A stretch of DNA of 59,703 bases, counting the filler, from Platydemus manokwari (taxonomy: Eukaryota), in NCBI GenBank assembly GCA_037951405.1. It is 5 parts of 5 records of this genome, joined end to end, with 100 filler letters (N's around TTAATTAATTAA, not from the genome) between each part and the next. Parts side by side here need not be neighbours in the genome. Positions count along the whole stretch, not along the records: positions 37,094 to 50,478 come from JBBMOY011746952.1; positions 50,579 to 59,703 come from JBBMOY011295650.1; 3 more parts are not named here. One strand, given 5' to 3'. The notes under the pieces are model-generated. The model was not told the origin of the DNA, ran no database searches, and was given only the letters and a program-made list of their open reading frames with translations. The translations under genes were made by a program, and so were the position numbers. Positions 38,654 through 52,269 of the stretch are shown here, piece after piece; the first letter of the stretch is position 1, and each line of letters starts with the position of its first letter.

Positions 38654-40340
38654 TCATACTAAAGGTTCTTTTAATTTATGCGAATTGGACTCGTCAAAGG
38701 TCATGAAGTTAATCCATGCCTGAAGTTCCTCTGAGTCGAGACCGTCCTCGTCAGTTGAGCATTCATAGTCATCCGTATGCCTGAAATAGCGAATGTAGAC
38801 TTCATTTTTCTGTTGAATTGCTTTTAGAATACTTTCTTGTTGGTGACTGTTTATCACGGAGTCTACAGTTGCAAGCTTAATTGTTGGATATGGTTTCGTA
38901 GGAGCTTCTTTGTACCCGGTTGACCTGACAGTCTCTTTGACTTCCTTTTGATTGTTGTAGAGTCTGATATCGTCTTTAACATTTTGTAATACTAAATCAG
39001 CTCCATTTGACAAATAGTCGTTGTCGGTGGAGAATTCATAGACATCAATCTCTGAGAAATAATGTGCGTAAGATTCATTTTTTCGTTCAATTTCTTTTTA
39101 AATATTTCTTGTTGACGATAATTTTTAATGGAGTTCTCAGTTGCAGGTTTGATTGTCGGAGATTGTTTGTAGGTATTTCTCACTACTGGGTTGACTTGGC
39201 AATCTCTTTGACTTCCTTTTGATCGTTGTCGAATGTCATCTCATTTTCAGCATATTATAATGCCAAATTGGCTCCGTTTGACAGATCTTTATCTTTGAGG
39301 AGTTGTAGAAGTTTTTCATCGTTGGTTATTCTAATTGAACCTTCATTTGAGGAACTCTCTTTCTCAAAATTCTAGGTTGATTCGTCATAATCAATTGTCG
39401 ATGTTTGCTCTGTAGCAGTTTCACTGACCAGGAATATCTCCATCATGTTTTGGTTTCACCTCATTTTTAACAGTTTTTAGTTCTGATTTGACTGCTTTTT
39501 CCGTTAAGGCTTGTTTTCTGTCAGTCAATATTTTGTGGAGATTCTTGGGCCAATAACTCTGATTATTGCCTTTTTTAAGTTTTGAATATTAGGCTTTCCA
39601 AAATTTACAATTATCATTGTTGATATTGAAATCGATAGATCAATACGAGTTGATCTGAACTTGATCGCTAGTATCAATCCTAATTTATTTGCCGCAATGG
39701 TTCTGTTATTAAAAGTTTTGCTGTTGACGAGATCATTTTTATTACCTTTTTACTGCTTCTTTAGGCTTTTAGTTTTCTCTGTTGATAATTTAGTAGAGTT
39801 ACTGAGCCCCGAGTTACTGAGAACTTTCATTACCAAGCTTTTTGTATTTTATATTTTTCTTTTCGGGCTTGGTTTTCACTCTTTGTTCTTTATCTTTTTG
39901 ATGCCATTTGTATGTGAGCCCTGAGATCCCTTGATATTTGTTCTGAGGTTTGGGTTATTAATGAAGTCCTTGGTAGCATAAGACATCAAGTAATCTTTCA
40001 TGATTTTGATCAACAGACAAATTAAACTATAATAGCTTTGTTTGTCTCGGTCCACTCATTTAAAAGGATCAACAAGAGAGAGTTATTCTCCAGCAATCGA
40101 GTATATCTTAGGACTGGGGTCACAATGAACCCCGTAGTCCGTGAAAGCGCTCTGATCCTAGCTATTTAGGCATTTTGAATGCCTTACCTGCTGAGAAAGT
40201 TTAAACGAGGGACTATTCTTATTCCTCAAGCTTCTAATGAAACCAGGAACATAATGAAGTCCGTAATAATTTCGGAATACTCATAAAAGTTATCTCTGTT
40301 GTGAGAGAATACGAAACTATCAAGTAAATTGACCAAGTTT
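38654..40340 (-). pseudogene. Intron-less decayed coding region of unknown (probably TE) origin with an internal peptide repeat
   Basis: Raised GC and ORF fragments at 38654-39013 and 38992-39183. An ~80-bp unit is duplicated at ~38932-39015 and ~39203-39286 (SNGADLVL...NNQKEVKE / SNGANLAL...NDQKEVKE). Stops throughout. Confidence 0.4.
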
Positions 40341-40938
40341 AAAACCAAAATAGATAACACTTACCAATGCGTCATAAATTCCAGAATGATAAAATTAGAA
40401 ATATTGAATTAATTTAGCGTGGGAATCTTGATTCATACAACCTACCCAAATTTTTCATTTTTCATTTCAGAATTTCATTAAATTATTAAAATTAGTTGAT
40501 TGTGACACATGAAATTTCATTATTTTATGATCAATCGTTATTTTAAGTCGAAATTAGTTGATACAGGAACCTTATATATTCTTTCCATATAATCTAGAGC
40601 TTCATTTTTCTAACAATTAGATAAAAGTCCATCACCAATGAAGAAAGAAACCTATTTGTACTTAATTTGTATTTAATTTGTTACTGTTCGAATGTGGTCA
40701 TTTTAAATAAACTTTAAACCTAATTGTTTTTTCGCTTAATTTTGCTAATCGCCATGGTTACAATACCACTCATATCATTAATTTGTCAACTCGGTGTTAA
40801 AATTTTAAATCAGAATTCCTCATTATAACAGATATGAACATTTATTTGATGACATATCGTAGATAACAAATATTTTTAACACATTTCTACTTAACACAAA
40901 TTTCATTGGATAAAAATAGTAGTAATATCATAGTTTAA

Positions 40939-41171
40939 CCCTTTCACTACGACTTTTGGCCAGTGAAAATATTTTTGTATAACTGAACTATATGTGCTGC
41001 AAATAAATTAAGGAACATATTTACATAATTTCAGATTTTTAGAAAATATGGTTTTTTGAAAAAATGCCTTGGGACACATATGTCCCTGCAGTAGTTTAAG
41101 GTGAATATTTTTCGCATCAGTAATTTTTGAACATTCTCTGGGACTTATATATCTCCGCAGTATTGAAATGG
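40939..41171. mobile_element. Non-autonomous piggyBac MITE
   Basis: TTAA on both sides (40935-40938, 41172-41175). TIRs CCCTTTCACTAC / GTATTGAAATGG. Subterminal palindrome GGGACACATATGTCCC plus a degenerate second copy. Confidence 0.8.
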
Positions 41172-41410
41172 TTAAAATATTTAATATTATATTAATATAG
41201 TTTATAATTTGAATGTTTCTTTTTAAGAGTAGTTCTTAAAATCCGATTATGTCTGAATAAATTAACTAAGCAAAACATTAAGATTATTATTTTATATCAT
41301 TATCAAATCATATCATCATAATTATCATTATAATCATACATTAATTCCACAGAATAACAAATTCAATTTTTTATACTCCTGTCGATTATTTCAATTGATT
41401 TCTTCTCAAG

Positions 41411-44400
41411 GTTTCCGCAAGCAAAAATCTGGAAGTTCTATTACCAGACAAAAATAAAGACGCATGTTCATCTGATATCAATTCAGAAACAAAAGACAAT
41501 ATCAGTCAAGTCAGTCATCTTGATCTATCGAAGAACAAATTGAGCGATTTGAAAGAGTTTGGAGAAATTCCTAAAGATCCGAAACTCATCTCATTATTCA
41601 AGCACATCACTAATTTAAAATTAGAAAATAATTCAATCAGATCCATAGCCGGAACAACTTTCCAAGTCATGGAATCTTTGGAACATTTGAATTTAAGCGA
41701 TAATTATCTAACGGAGATCCCGTGGCACATTTTCCAGTACTGCCCGGTTGTTCATTTGAATTTGAGTAGGAATAGGGTTCGAATTTTTGTTATTTTTTCT
41801 AATGTAAAATAGGAGCAATGTTATTGTTTTCATAAAAATCCTAATAATATGTTTAATTTTATTAGATAAAACAATTTCATGCATCGTTTGATGTTGCTGA
41901 TAACTTGAAACAGTGCGGTAAATCGAAATTTCTGCTTCAACTTCTTCTATCGAATAACTGCTTCACACAATTCAACGTCAACTCATTAGTTGTTTTTCCA
42001 AATTTACAGAGTCTGGAAATAAATTCGTAAGAATTTCATCTTTAGAAAGTATATTAAATATATGAAGACTATCATTTTATGCGGTTACTTCGAAGTTTGA
42101 GCTTGACATGGATTATGCACTCATGTAAAGTTTGAAACATTATATATTCGCTTTTTTTATTTGCCAGATTTCATAAAAATTATAAAGATTTTAAATAAAA
42201 TATCACCGCTTTGTTAAGATATAATGAAAAAATAATTTTATATATAATTTTAATTGATTATGTTATATGTATTTATAAAATTATCTTGCTCAAAACATTA
42301 CTGTAAACTCTCGAAAAAATATGTTAAAAAATAATTTTAATTGTCATTTTAATTTTTAAATAATGTTGAAAATAATCGAATATTTGTTTGAAAAAGATGT
42401 AATATAAGTGTACATTATTTGAGTGGTAAAATTATGTCTTCTGAATTAAACATAAAACATGAAGAAGTGTTAGCTACTAACAAAGGTGTTGAATGATAAT
42501 TGGAAGTACATCACAACACAACAAAATCTGTATACGACTTATTGTCTTTGAATTCAATCCTGAATAATATTAAAGTGTTTATAAACTTTATTTTTTGTTT
42601 AAATACAACCCGCTATTACAATATAACCAGTTTTTAAATTTTTTTAAAGCTCACTTTAAGTTCAATTGGGATAACCTCTGTGTTAAAAAAAAAGCAAGCA
42701 CTAAAAATTAGAAACCATTAAGAATCTATATCAGTTGTTCTCAACCCTGGGGTAGGCAAGCATTTGTAAAGGGGTCGCTAAATTCTTGTAGGCGTACAAA
42801 CCATTATATGTGAAAAATTATGTTTTATGATGCTGTTAAATAAATTGTTTGTGATGCTGATTAAACTACTTCTATTCACAATTACTTTGACTACTACATG
42901 GGTTATGTTATTATCTGATAATCTTATTATTATTATAGGTAATTAATTACTTGTGATAATTCAATGAAATGTTGCAAATTAGTTTTATTAAATATGCTGG
43001 GTTATGACTTATTTTTAGTAATATTGATTGTCTTTGGGGTCGCCAAGTTCTTAAAAATGGGGAAATGGGTCGCCATAGAAAAAAGGTTGAGAACGGGTGA
43101 TCAATATTGATGTTTTAACTTAAAATTTTTCAGTCTCTCTCGATCTTTGAGGATAGTTAATTATGACTTTATTCAAAATCGAACTCCCAAAACCCGATAT
43201 CTTTAATCGGATAATATGATACAAATTTGATTTTCTTTAGTTTCCCTGGTATAAATGATTTTCCGTGATTCAAATCAAAATATAAGACAAATGATGTTTT
43301 TAATTCATATACGCAAACCACGAAGATGATTTGAAATTCATATTAATAATTTATACGTGGTGACGTACCCAGAAAAAATCACATAAAAATCCAGTCTGTA
43401 ACAAATTAAATGAAATACAATCAGCAGACAGATAAAGGAAACTTATATGACTTTCAAAGTACCGGGATCAGTTTTTTATATTTGGTCAGCTTAAAAAATT
43501 ATATTATCATGAAATTCAAAGATTGCTAATAAAAATAAGGAAACACTTGCCCTTTTTTCATTCCAATTTTCCGATACTAATTAACGAACTTGTTCTTGAT
43601 AAAGAAACTTTAATGGAAAAATATAAGAATGAAAATAATCGTATATAATACTACTTATAACTCTTGATTACCAAATTGAAACTTGGCAAATATTAATCGT
43701 TTTAGGTAATTTTAGGACAAGTGTTTAGTGCACGCATAGGTCTGTGCCGAAACTTAGTATAAATATTCAACCAAAACACTGATTTTTCAAGATTCAAAGA
43801 TAATCAATAAAAATGATCAAGATATATTTGAAGTGATAATTTTGTCGTTTATTAAAGTCAATTGGTCAGCGCATCTAAGCTGAGATTGTAAGATAATAAC
43901 GGTATTATATAATCAAACATAGATAAAATTAACTAAGAGTATTATGTAACATTGCATAACAGGTATAATACTAGAAGGTTCCAGTAGTATATAATTCACT
44001 TTTGTCCAAGGCTCAGATCCATGGTTTGATTTTATAATATTTGAGGCTTGTTCCTATGTGCTTACTTCTATGAGATGTATCTTATTTTTGTACCAAAATA
44101 TCTTTTAAACATTGCACCGACTTTTTCAGTGTGAGACTAATTGAGAAACAGTGCGAAACAATCAATTGAAGTCGCTGATAAAGCAAACTTAACTACATTG
44201 TAAAGCTTCTTTGTAACAAATTCTTCGAATCAAAGTATTTTGATACGTTTTTTTTTATTTTCGCCATTATTCATATTTAAAAAATATTCCTAATTATGTT
44301 ATAAATTGGTTTAAAGTTAACAATTATAAGTGCCTAAACATTCAAAAATAATAATAAATGGATAACTAACAGTGTAAGCATTGAATGTCGGTAAAGGGTA

Positions 44401-47400
44401 ATTACTAAATCCATTGTCATGGCTATAAATACATCCTAATTAAAATACATTTTTTGAACTTATAATTTGATTTACACAAAACAGCAATATATTTTTCTTG
44501 AATTATTCGATCGATATCTCCCTCGATATGGTTCAATGACATACGTTCATTAGATTTAATTGAGTTTTAATAACCCACTTGTATTTGCTTTCAGAATTGC
44601 TATCAATATTTCAAAGGATGACTTTTTGCCTTTATCTAATTTGAAAAAAATCAGCATGAAATACAATTCTCTTTCAACAATCAATGAGAACTTTCTGAAA
44701 ATATCGAAAAATATTAATTCGATAAATTTTAGTGAAAATCAACTAAGTAATTTTCCGATTTATTGATTTTTAATTTATTGAAAAGGAGCTTGTTCTGTTA
44801 AATTTGCAATTGTACAGTTATAATAATTATGATAATAATGATTATTATTATTATTATCATCATTATTATTGTTATTATTATTATCAGTATTATTATTATT
44901 ATCATTATTATTATCACTATTATCATTATTGTTATTATTATATCTACTAAGAAAATAACAGAAGTGTTGCTGATAATGCTTCATATTATTATTAAGAGCC
45001 AATTGAAAATACATTAGAGATAAATTTGGCAATGTTCGAAAATTTGGTCAGTGTTGATCTCAGTCATAATAATCTTGCATGTGGAAAGCCATTTTTTGTT
45101 CCAAAATGCATTTTGAAAATCGCCAAGTAAAAGATATGGTTCAAATCTTAAATTTCACCACTCTATTTTGTAGACTTCAAGTTCTTGATGTGAGCTATAA
45201 TAATATTCTCGAATTTCCTCCGTGCTCCATGTGGGCATCGACCAGTTTAACAGAGCTGAATTTTTCTCATAATTTAATTCAAAATTTTGATTTGATGAAT
45301 GCAAAAATTACTTTGCATAATCTGCAAAATTTAGATTTGTCTTTTAACAATATAAAGCGTGTAAGATGAATAAAATATCATTATATTTTGACTTTAATAA
45401 TTCTTATTTTTATTGATTAGATTCCACCAGATATCAAACATTTAGTGAAACTTACATATCTAAACATCAGTCACAATCCAAATTTAAAATCATTACCAGA
45501 CGAGATTGGACTCTTAAAAGATAAGAACCTCAACAGTCTAATTCGAGAAGGGTTGACATTGAATTTTCCAAAATATTTCAACAACAAAACTCAGCTAAGA
45601 GATATCTTGAAATATTATTATAATAGATTAAGAAAGTCGGTTCAATATAATAGATTTAAACTTACAGTACTCGGATTTGCCGGTAGAGGAAAAACCTCTT
45701 TACTGAATTTATTACAAGGAAAGAAAAAAATTAATCACCAAGAATCTAGTTCAATAGGTGTTGAAGTTTCCAACTGGAGGTAAGTTTAAACAATGCGATT
45801 ATAATAAATTTCTCATTTAGATTAAATAACTGTCATCGTGGTGTGTCCAAAATATATGTAATTATCATATATTTTCCCTCTTTCTCGGTATTCGATTCTG
45901 AAAAATAAATCATGCTAAATAATTAGTTATCAACCATATTCAAACTGCCTGACTAAAATTTTCATCTGATGAACAAGATGTTGAAATCATATAATCTGCG
46001 ACTATAAAATAATTATTACTATAGGTTTTCCTTTGTCTATTTCATTATTACTCCTTTACTAAGTTGATAAGACTAATCAAAAATTGTCTAATTCATGTTT
46101 GGCTTTATGCGTAATTGCCAGCTCTAGCACTTACCAATTCATTTATTTAATTTGTTTTGATTTTTCCATGAATTTTTCTACTTCAACAATCCAGGAAATA
46201 AATTGAAAAGATTTTTTAATGTTTAATCGATATCGTTTGGCTTTTCCATTTATAAAATTTTTCAATACTGAAATTCGTGATTTGTTCATCAAACAGAATG
46301 TCAAAATTTATTCCTGTTATATGTCATTAACAATTTTATAAGCGACTGTTAGATGTTGTCAAATGAAGTTTTAATGAAATTGTACTGATCAGGAATCAGC
46401 TTATTATGTAGTTTTGAATTATTTTTTATTAGGTTTTTTTATATAGTAAGGTCAATTTTTTCATGATATGATAATATCGTAAAACTTATACATCGTAATT
46501 AATACATTGAAAGAAAATTTTAAAAACTAAATTTTGTCTATCTTTAAATATTTAATAGTTGTGATAATTTAAAATTTANNNNNNNNNNATTATTAATTAC
46601 TTTCAGATAAACTTAAATTTTAAATAATTAATTTTTTCTCAAAGTATATTTTGAATTTTAATTATAAAAATGTATAGAGTAATTTATTTAACCAATGTTA
46701 ATTGTAAATAATTGAAATATTTTAAACAATGATATGTTTTAATGAGATGAAATAACGATGATTAATGGTTTAAAAAATTTGAAATGAATAATTTGATTTT
46801 TATCCAAAGATATACAAAATAATGTATCGAAAATGGTATTGTTGAAAGTTGTCTTTCACATTTTTCATTCATCGATTCAGACTTCCAAACAGTCAATTCG
46901 ATAGGATTTGTGAATACAAATTCACTTGTTGGGATTTGGCTGATCAAGAAGAATTTTTCTGCACCCATGAATGTTTTCTATCACGAAGAGCATTTTATCT
47001 TATTGTTTTCGATTTAACGAGAGAAATTGAAGAAATACGAATATTAAAACCTTGGTTATGGAATTTGAAAAGCCAGGCACCCAACGCACCATTGATTATT
47101 GTTGGTACACATTTGGATAAATTGAAAGAAAGTTAGTACAATATATGACAATAATTATATTAACTAGCACAATATAAATTAAAAATTAAGTTAAAAAACT
47201 AAAAAAGAACAATTTAAAACGTATTATTTTGTGAGTAATAGTTTGTTTTTTTATTATCTTAATTGATACATTGTGATAATAATGCTAAGGCCTTACTTTC
47301 GCATCGTCACTGGTAGATCAGGAAGTATTTGACAAGATCACAAATGTATGATTCAAATGCTAAGCAATGTCTTGGTTTTTTCTTTCCTGTCATGCATTTC

Positions 47401-50318
47401 TATGAGCTACCCAACCAACATTCGGTTGTTGTTTTTTTCCTTCCAGCAAACAATTCTGATTAATCTCTTTAATTATATTTCCACAATAGTGTTAAGAATC
47501 GACTTAATAAGCAAATAATTCAAATTTAAACCACTACAAAGTTTAATAAATAATACTTCTATGTTTAGATTTAAGTGACTTTATGAGCACCGATGTGAGC
47601 AAAAAATAGACCTTTAGTCATCATTAAGGCTTCCAGCCATTACACTACTAGGATTGTTGATCTATGGAATTTAGCTATTAATGTATTGGTTTCATAATCA
47701 TTTCTACCCATTAATATCGATAAAATCCCTAATTCGTGCCAAATTAACCTGAGTTGGTTATTACTTGACAGTTGCGAATGTATTTTTGTTCCAAATTTAC
47801 CACTTCTCTTGGAAAAGTATTAAGGGTTATTTATTTACAGTGTATTACCAAAGAAATATTTATTCCATCATTTAGGGCAAAATTTTTTTTTCTAGTTTTT
47901 ATCTATTGGCTTAAATTTGAGTTGGTTTTTTATTTTTAGATATCCGGAAAAGCCAGTGTTTATTTATGATAAATCAAATCAAAAAACTTTCTCATACACC
48001 TGGATTTCCAAAGGTATTGCAATTTATGTCTTCTTTTGTACATTTATTAAGACAAACATTATTTCTGATTTTTTAAATAAATTACTATTTATTGAATTTT
48101 CATTGGCTTAAATTATTTTTTATTTTATATTATTATTATTTTTATTTTATGATTTTCTAGTTATGGAAAACTTTATGAAATTTTAGGATCAGATTTTAAG
48201 ATTGATATTACATCGCAATTTAAAATTATTATGATATAAAGTAGTTAAGAATCTTTATTCGTTGAATTTAAAGATCAATCCAAAGATCGCTTATATCATT
48301 CTTTTAATATTTTTTGATTTGATGATTTAAATCTTTTATTTATTTGAAATCATGATTTAAAATTCTAAATTCGCATAACATTTTCCCTAAGAGAAAACTT
48401 GAAAGTAAAACTAAATGAATACATTTAATATTGTTTATTCCTAAATTATTAGATACTCCATTTAATAAAAAAATATAATCTATGTCTTTTAAAATAGATA
48501 TCAGACGTGGCCTTTGTTGATTTGAGAAGTCATAATGAAACCATTAGTCAGTTAAAAGAGAAAATATTGAATGTCTTGAATACTCATCGAATTCATAATG
48601 AAGTCATGACATTGGAAAAATATCCATTTGTATATTTGAAGTAAGGCGGTAGCTATTTCAATGCAATCTCCTTAGTATTCGATTTGAACAGATTAGACGA
48701 AATACTTCAAGAAACTCTTAAAACCTTATCTCCAGCTTATCCTATTTTAACTGAGAAAGAAATGAAAGATTTGGTTTTGAAGCATAAATTAGAACTTGAT
48801 GATGACGAACTTAAACAAGTATTTTCTTTATAAATACATAGTATTCATAATATCAGTAATATTCGTAATGATAACCATGATGATGAAAATAAACTCAATA
48901 TAAATATAAAAAATACTAATAACAGAAAATTCATTCATAAGATATACAATAATATTAATATTAATAGTATTAGTTATATCAATAATAATAGTATGAACAA
49001 TAGTAATAATAATAGCAATAATAATTATAATAACAATAATAATAATAATAATAATAATGATAATATTAGTAAAATTAATAATAATAGCATTAATAATAGT
49101 AGTAATAATAATAATTGATAGCCCTTTTGCGTCTGCACTTTAATTTCTTACATCCATTAGGGGCTGAATTTACTTAGTTATTATGATATTGATTTTTTTG
49201 AATGCAGCAGTATGATATTAAATTTCAAAAATTAATCAAATTTGATGGACATTTAATTATTTTTTGTTTTAATAGAATAATAAGATAATACTCTGTTTTC
49301 CATAATATAAAACGCGCGTGATAGTTAGTGGGGAACAAAATTTATGTCACCGAGATGAAGACAAGGCTTCCATTTAAAGTCATTTATAATGATATTAATT
49401 CTGACAATAACATTATTTTTGAGCTTAATGCAAATTTTTCGATTTATATTTGGATTTGTGAAGAAATTATGAAAAAATCAATAAAGTTTAATAATAATTA
49501 TTATTATTATCATTATTATTATTATTGGTATTTTAAAACCAAGCTGAGGTTTTCAATATCTACGGAAAATTTTGTGGAATATATTAAAGAGCGATTGAGA
49601 CAAATTGAATATCTTTTCAATATTTACATTATGATATATACAGTGAGCATGATTTTTAGTTGTGAACGATACGCTCATTATTTATTTCAGCGTCCTAATA
49701 TCTCTTCTACTAATAAAATGTAAATTAAAAAGGGCTTCAATCTAAATCATTAAATATTATTTATCTTGTTTGGAGTTCATTTTATTTGATACTTTGACAA
49801 CATATGAAAAAAATTGCTAATTATAAATCTTAAGTTTACAGCTTTCGTTTTGTGTGCAGGCTGTTCAATTCTTGCACGACTGCGGAGTCCTGGTGCACTT
49901 CACTGACACTTTAACCAAACTCAATGATCTCTATTTTCTCAAACCGCAATGGCTCTGTTCATTGATGACAAAAATAATAACATTTAAAACATTAAACCCA
50001 TTTGTTCACAATGGAATCATAAAATTAACTGACTTCATACAGTTGTTCAAAAAAATATTAGACACACCACTGCCAAACCATGTCACCTTGGAAACTCATT
50101 CTTTGCAGTGTCTGACGATTTTGGAAAAGTATGATTAAGTCATTCTGATCTCATGGATTATATAAAAAATATTTATAAATTAAATGAGAAATTGCTTGAA
50201 ATATTACTTTATTAATTGTTCAGATTTGATATCGTTTTTAAACGGTCTTCAAATGAGATAATCATTCCTTCAAGACTCTCAAAGCAGCGACCGAATATTG
50301 CCAAAATCAACAATGACA
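41411..50318 (+). CDS. LRRK2: LRRK2-type ROCO protein, partial (LRR-Roc-COR A); N-terminus and kinase/WD40 not found
   Basis: Exons 41411-41776, 41866-42026, (44485-44594 ambiguous), 44595-44746, 44997-45126, 45174-45360, 45421-45779, 46881-47131, 47940-48013, 48498-48640, 48692-48818, 49860-50128, 50224-50318. LRRK2-like strings: RLRKSVQYNRFKLTVLGFAGRGKTSLL, EEFFCTHECFLSRRAFYL, KPWLWNLK, VGTHLD, PGFP, AVQFLHDCGVLVHF...LNDLYFLKPQWLC, IIPSRLS..RP. Confidence 0.85.
42732..43099. mobile_element. Non-autonomous hAT MITE in a LRRK2 intron
   Basis: Termini CAGTTGTTCTCAACC / GGTTGAGAACGGGTG, 8-bp TSD ATCTATAT / ATCAATAT (7/8), and three internal GGGTCGC motifs. Confidence 0.85.
44818..44942. repeat. 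Imperfect (ATT)n microsatellite in a LRRK2 intron
   Basis: Run of ATT/ATC/GTT triplets, which explains the poly-I and poly-N pseudo-ORFs. Confidence 0.9.
46579..46588. other. 10-N assembly gap in a LRRK2 intron
   Basis: Ns in the sequence. Confidence 0.95.
48945..49115. repeat. Imperfect (AAT)n microsatellite in a LRRK2 intron
   Basis: AAT/AGT/AAC triplet run. Confidence 0.85.
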
Positions 50319-50478
50319 GTTAGATCTTTGATTATAATAATAAATTTTATTTATATATTTTTATTTAAATGTAACAAAATTTTTATGACTTTTTAAATAA
50401 TTTCGCTAACCTTTGTGGACTTCAAAACCGACTGCAAACATTTCAGAATCAATAAACTATTGCATAATTCAATTTGAT

Positions 50479-50578
50479 NNNNNNNNNNNNNNNNNNNNNN
50501 NNNNNNNNNNNNNNNNNNNNNNTTAATTAATTAANNNNNNNNNNNNNNNNNNNNNNNNNNNNNNNNNNNNNNNNNNNN
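50479..50578. other. Artificial scaffold gap linker
   Basis: 44N-TTAATTAATTAA-44N, 160 bp after the last recognisable LRRK2 exon. Confidence 0.95.
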
Positions 50579-52056
50579 ATTTTTAATATTATATATTATA
50601 TTAAAAATTTAGGTATCTTGTTCAGACATTTATTGTAATCTCTCAAATTTAAAAAACATCGAAATGTGTTAAAATATTTTTATATAAATTATTAAAGATA
50701 GAATATTTGTTTAAATAATATTTAATGTGAAATATATTTTACACATTGAGAATTATGAGTTTTGATTTTAACCTTAAAAGCGAAGAAGTCTTAGCAGCTA
50801 ATACGAGTTATTCAAAACATTTTTACAAACTGTAAATTAGTTCTTTAGACTTAAATTACCGACTATCTAATATAAATTATCAAAATCTTTAACACAAACT
50901 TCGTTGACAAAAAAAGATGGGAAACCAAACATAAGTTTATTAATAGATTTAATTTGACCACAAAGCTAGTACCAGACGTGAGTCTGTAATTGTCACAACA
51001 ATATTAAAACATTTACTGACTGCTTTATTTGTCGAAAATCAAGTGGGATAACTGGAACGCTTCTTCAAAATTAAAAATTAAGATCACAATGCAATGATAT
51101 ATTAATTCAATTCAATTATTTTCGACTCTATTAATCACGTTTTACATTTAAAATCAAATTTAACTGAAATTTTAATCCTGCTTTTATTAATGTTATGAAA
51201 AGATTTACTATATAATTAAATGTTCCTTTATTATTTCTAATTTTAATCCAAATAATTATATCCAAATAATTTAGATTATTTATTATTCTTGTCAACAGTA
51301 TATAAAAATTACACATTGATATATTTATCAATAAAACGTTTATCAATAAAAATTGATACATTTGTCGCTACTAAAAGAATAGGAAAATTATACAATCGAG
51401 CAGACCATTGTTACGGTAATGTAACGAAAAAATTCGAAAAATTAAGGCATGGCAATGAATTAACGCAACAACTGAAAAATTTCGATATAAATATTGCAGT
51501 ACCGTTGTTATTGTTATTTTTTTTGAAATAACTAAATTTTATTGGGATTTAATAATCAGTTCTGTAATTGTTGGGATTTGAGGCCGGTCAATTTTGTAAT
51601 TTATTAATTATCGGTTCCTTCAATTTTTAACTGATTAACAACTGAGAAAAATTAGTAAAATGACTTGTATTTTTATTTTTGATATATAATAGTAAAAAAT
51701 TACATCAATATATAAAAATATAATTTATTAAGAAAAACAATGTAATAATTTTTATTAACAGTAAAATTATATAGTATTTTTTATTTTGTCTTATTTATTG
51801 GTAAATTGTATTTTCAATCTTGATCATCGTATTCAAAATCAATTCAATGTCAATTATCGAGTTCTCAACAGTGAAGATCATCTCAATCTTTGTCTTCAGC
51901 CTACCTGAAGATTAGAGATAAATCTCAACAATCCCAATGCACGTGTCGAAACCTGCAGAAATGGAAAGTTAACGTTGACGAAGACAATTGATTTAAAGAC
52001 AATTTATTGTGTTTTCGATCTTTAATATTACTCTTGATTTATTTATGACTATTAAC

Positions 52057-52269
52057 TATTACGTTCGGGCCTTATTGAATTATTTGATTTAATAAGCTTA
52101 ATCGTATTTGATATCACTACCGTCTTAATCAGTCCCTATGAGTTCTTGATTAAGGCCACAGGTGTGATTCACCTTATGTTGTTGATCTTTCACCTCGCAC
52201 AGCCTTATTGTATGATGACAATAAGTGTGGCAGTAGTGATATATTTTACTTAACCTCATTATCAGTCTC
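52057..52269. repeat. Repeat family B copy 2
   Basis: Direct homologue of 23071-23284. Confidence 0.85.

Noticed and set aside
44775-45032. Poly-N and poly-I ORFs
   Set aside because: Translations of an intronic ATT microsatellite.
45821-45857. Possible small LRRK2 exon (LNNCHRGVSKIY)
   Set aside because: Its best donor is phase 0, while the next exon's acceptors are phase 2. Direct joining of 45779 to 46881 already gives LRRK2-like spacing.
47640-47685. YTTRIVDLWNL, resembling a LINE RT C-terminal motif
   Set aside because: Too short to support as a feature on its own.
47917-48111. ORF-track protein MSWFFIFRYPEK...
   Set aside because: Wrong frame. The true LRRK2 exon 47940-48013 reads IRKSQCLF...PGFPK.
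49328-49723. 131-aa ORF within a LRRK2 intron
   Set aside because: GTG start, includes a TAT microsatellite and has no motifs. Likely spurious.
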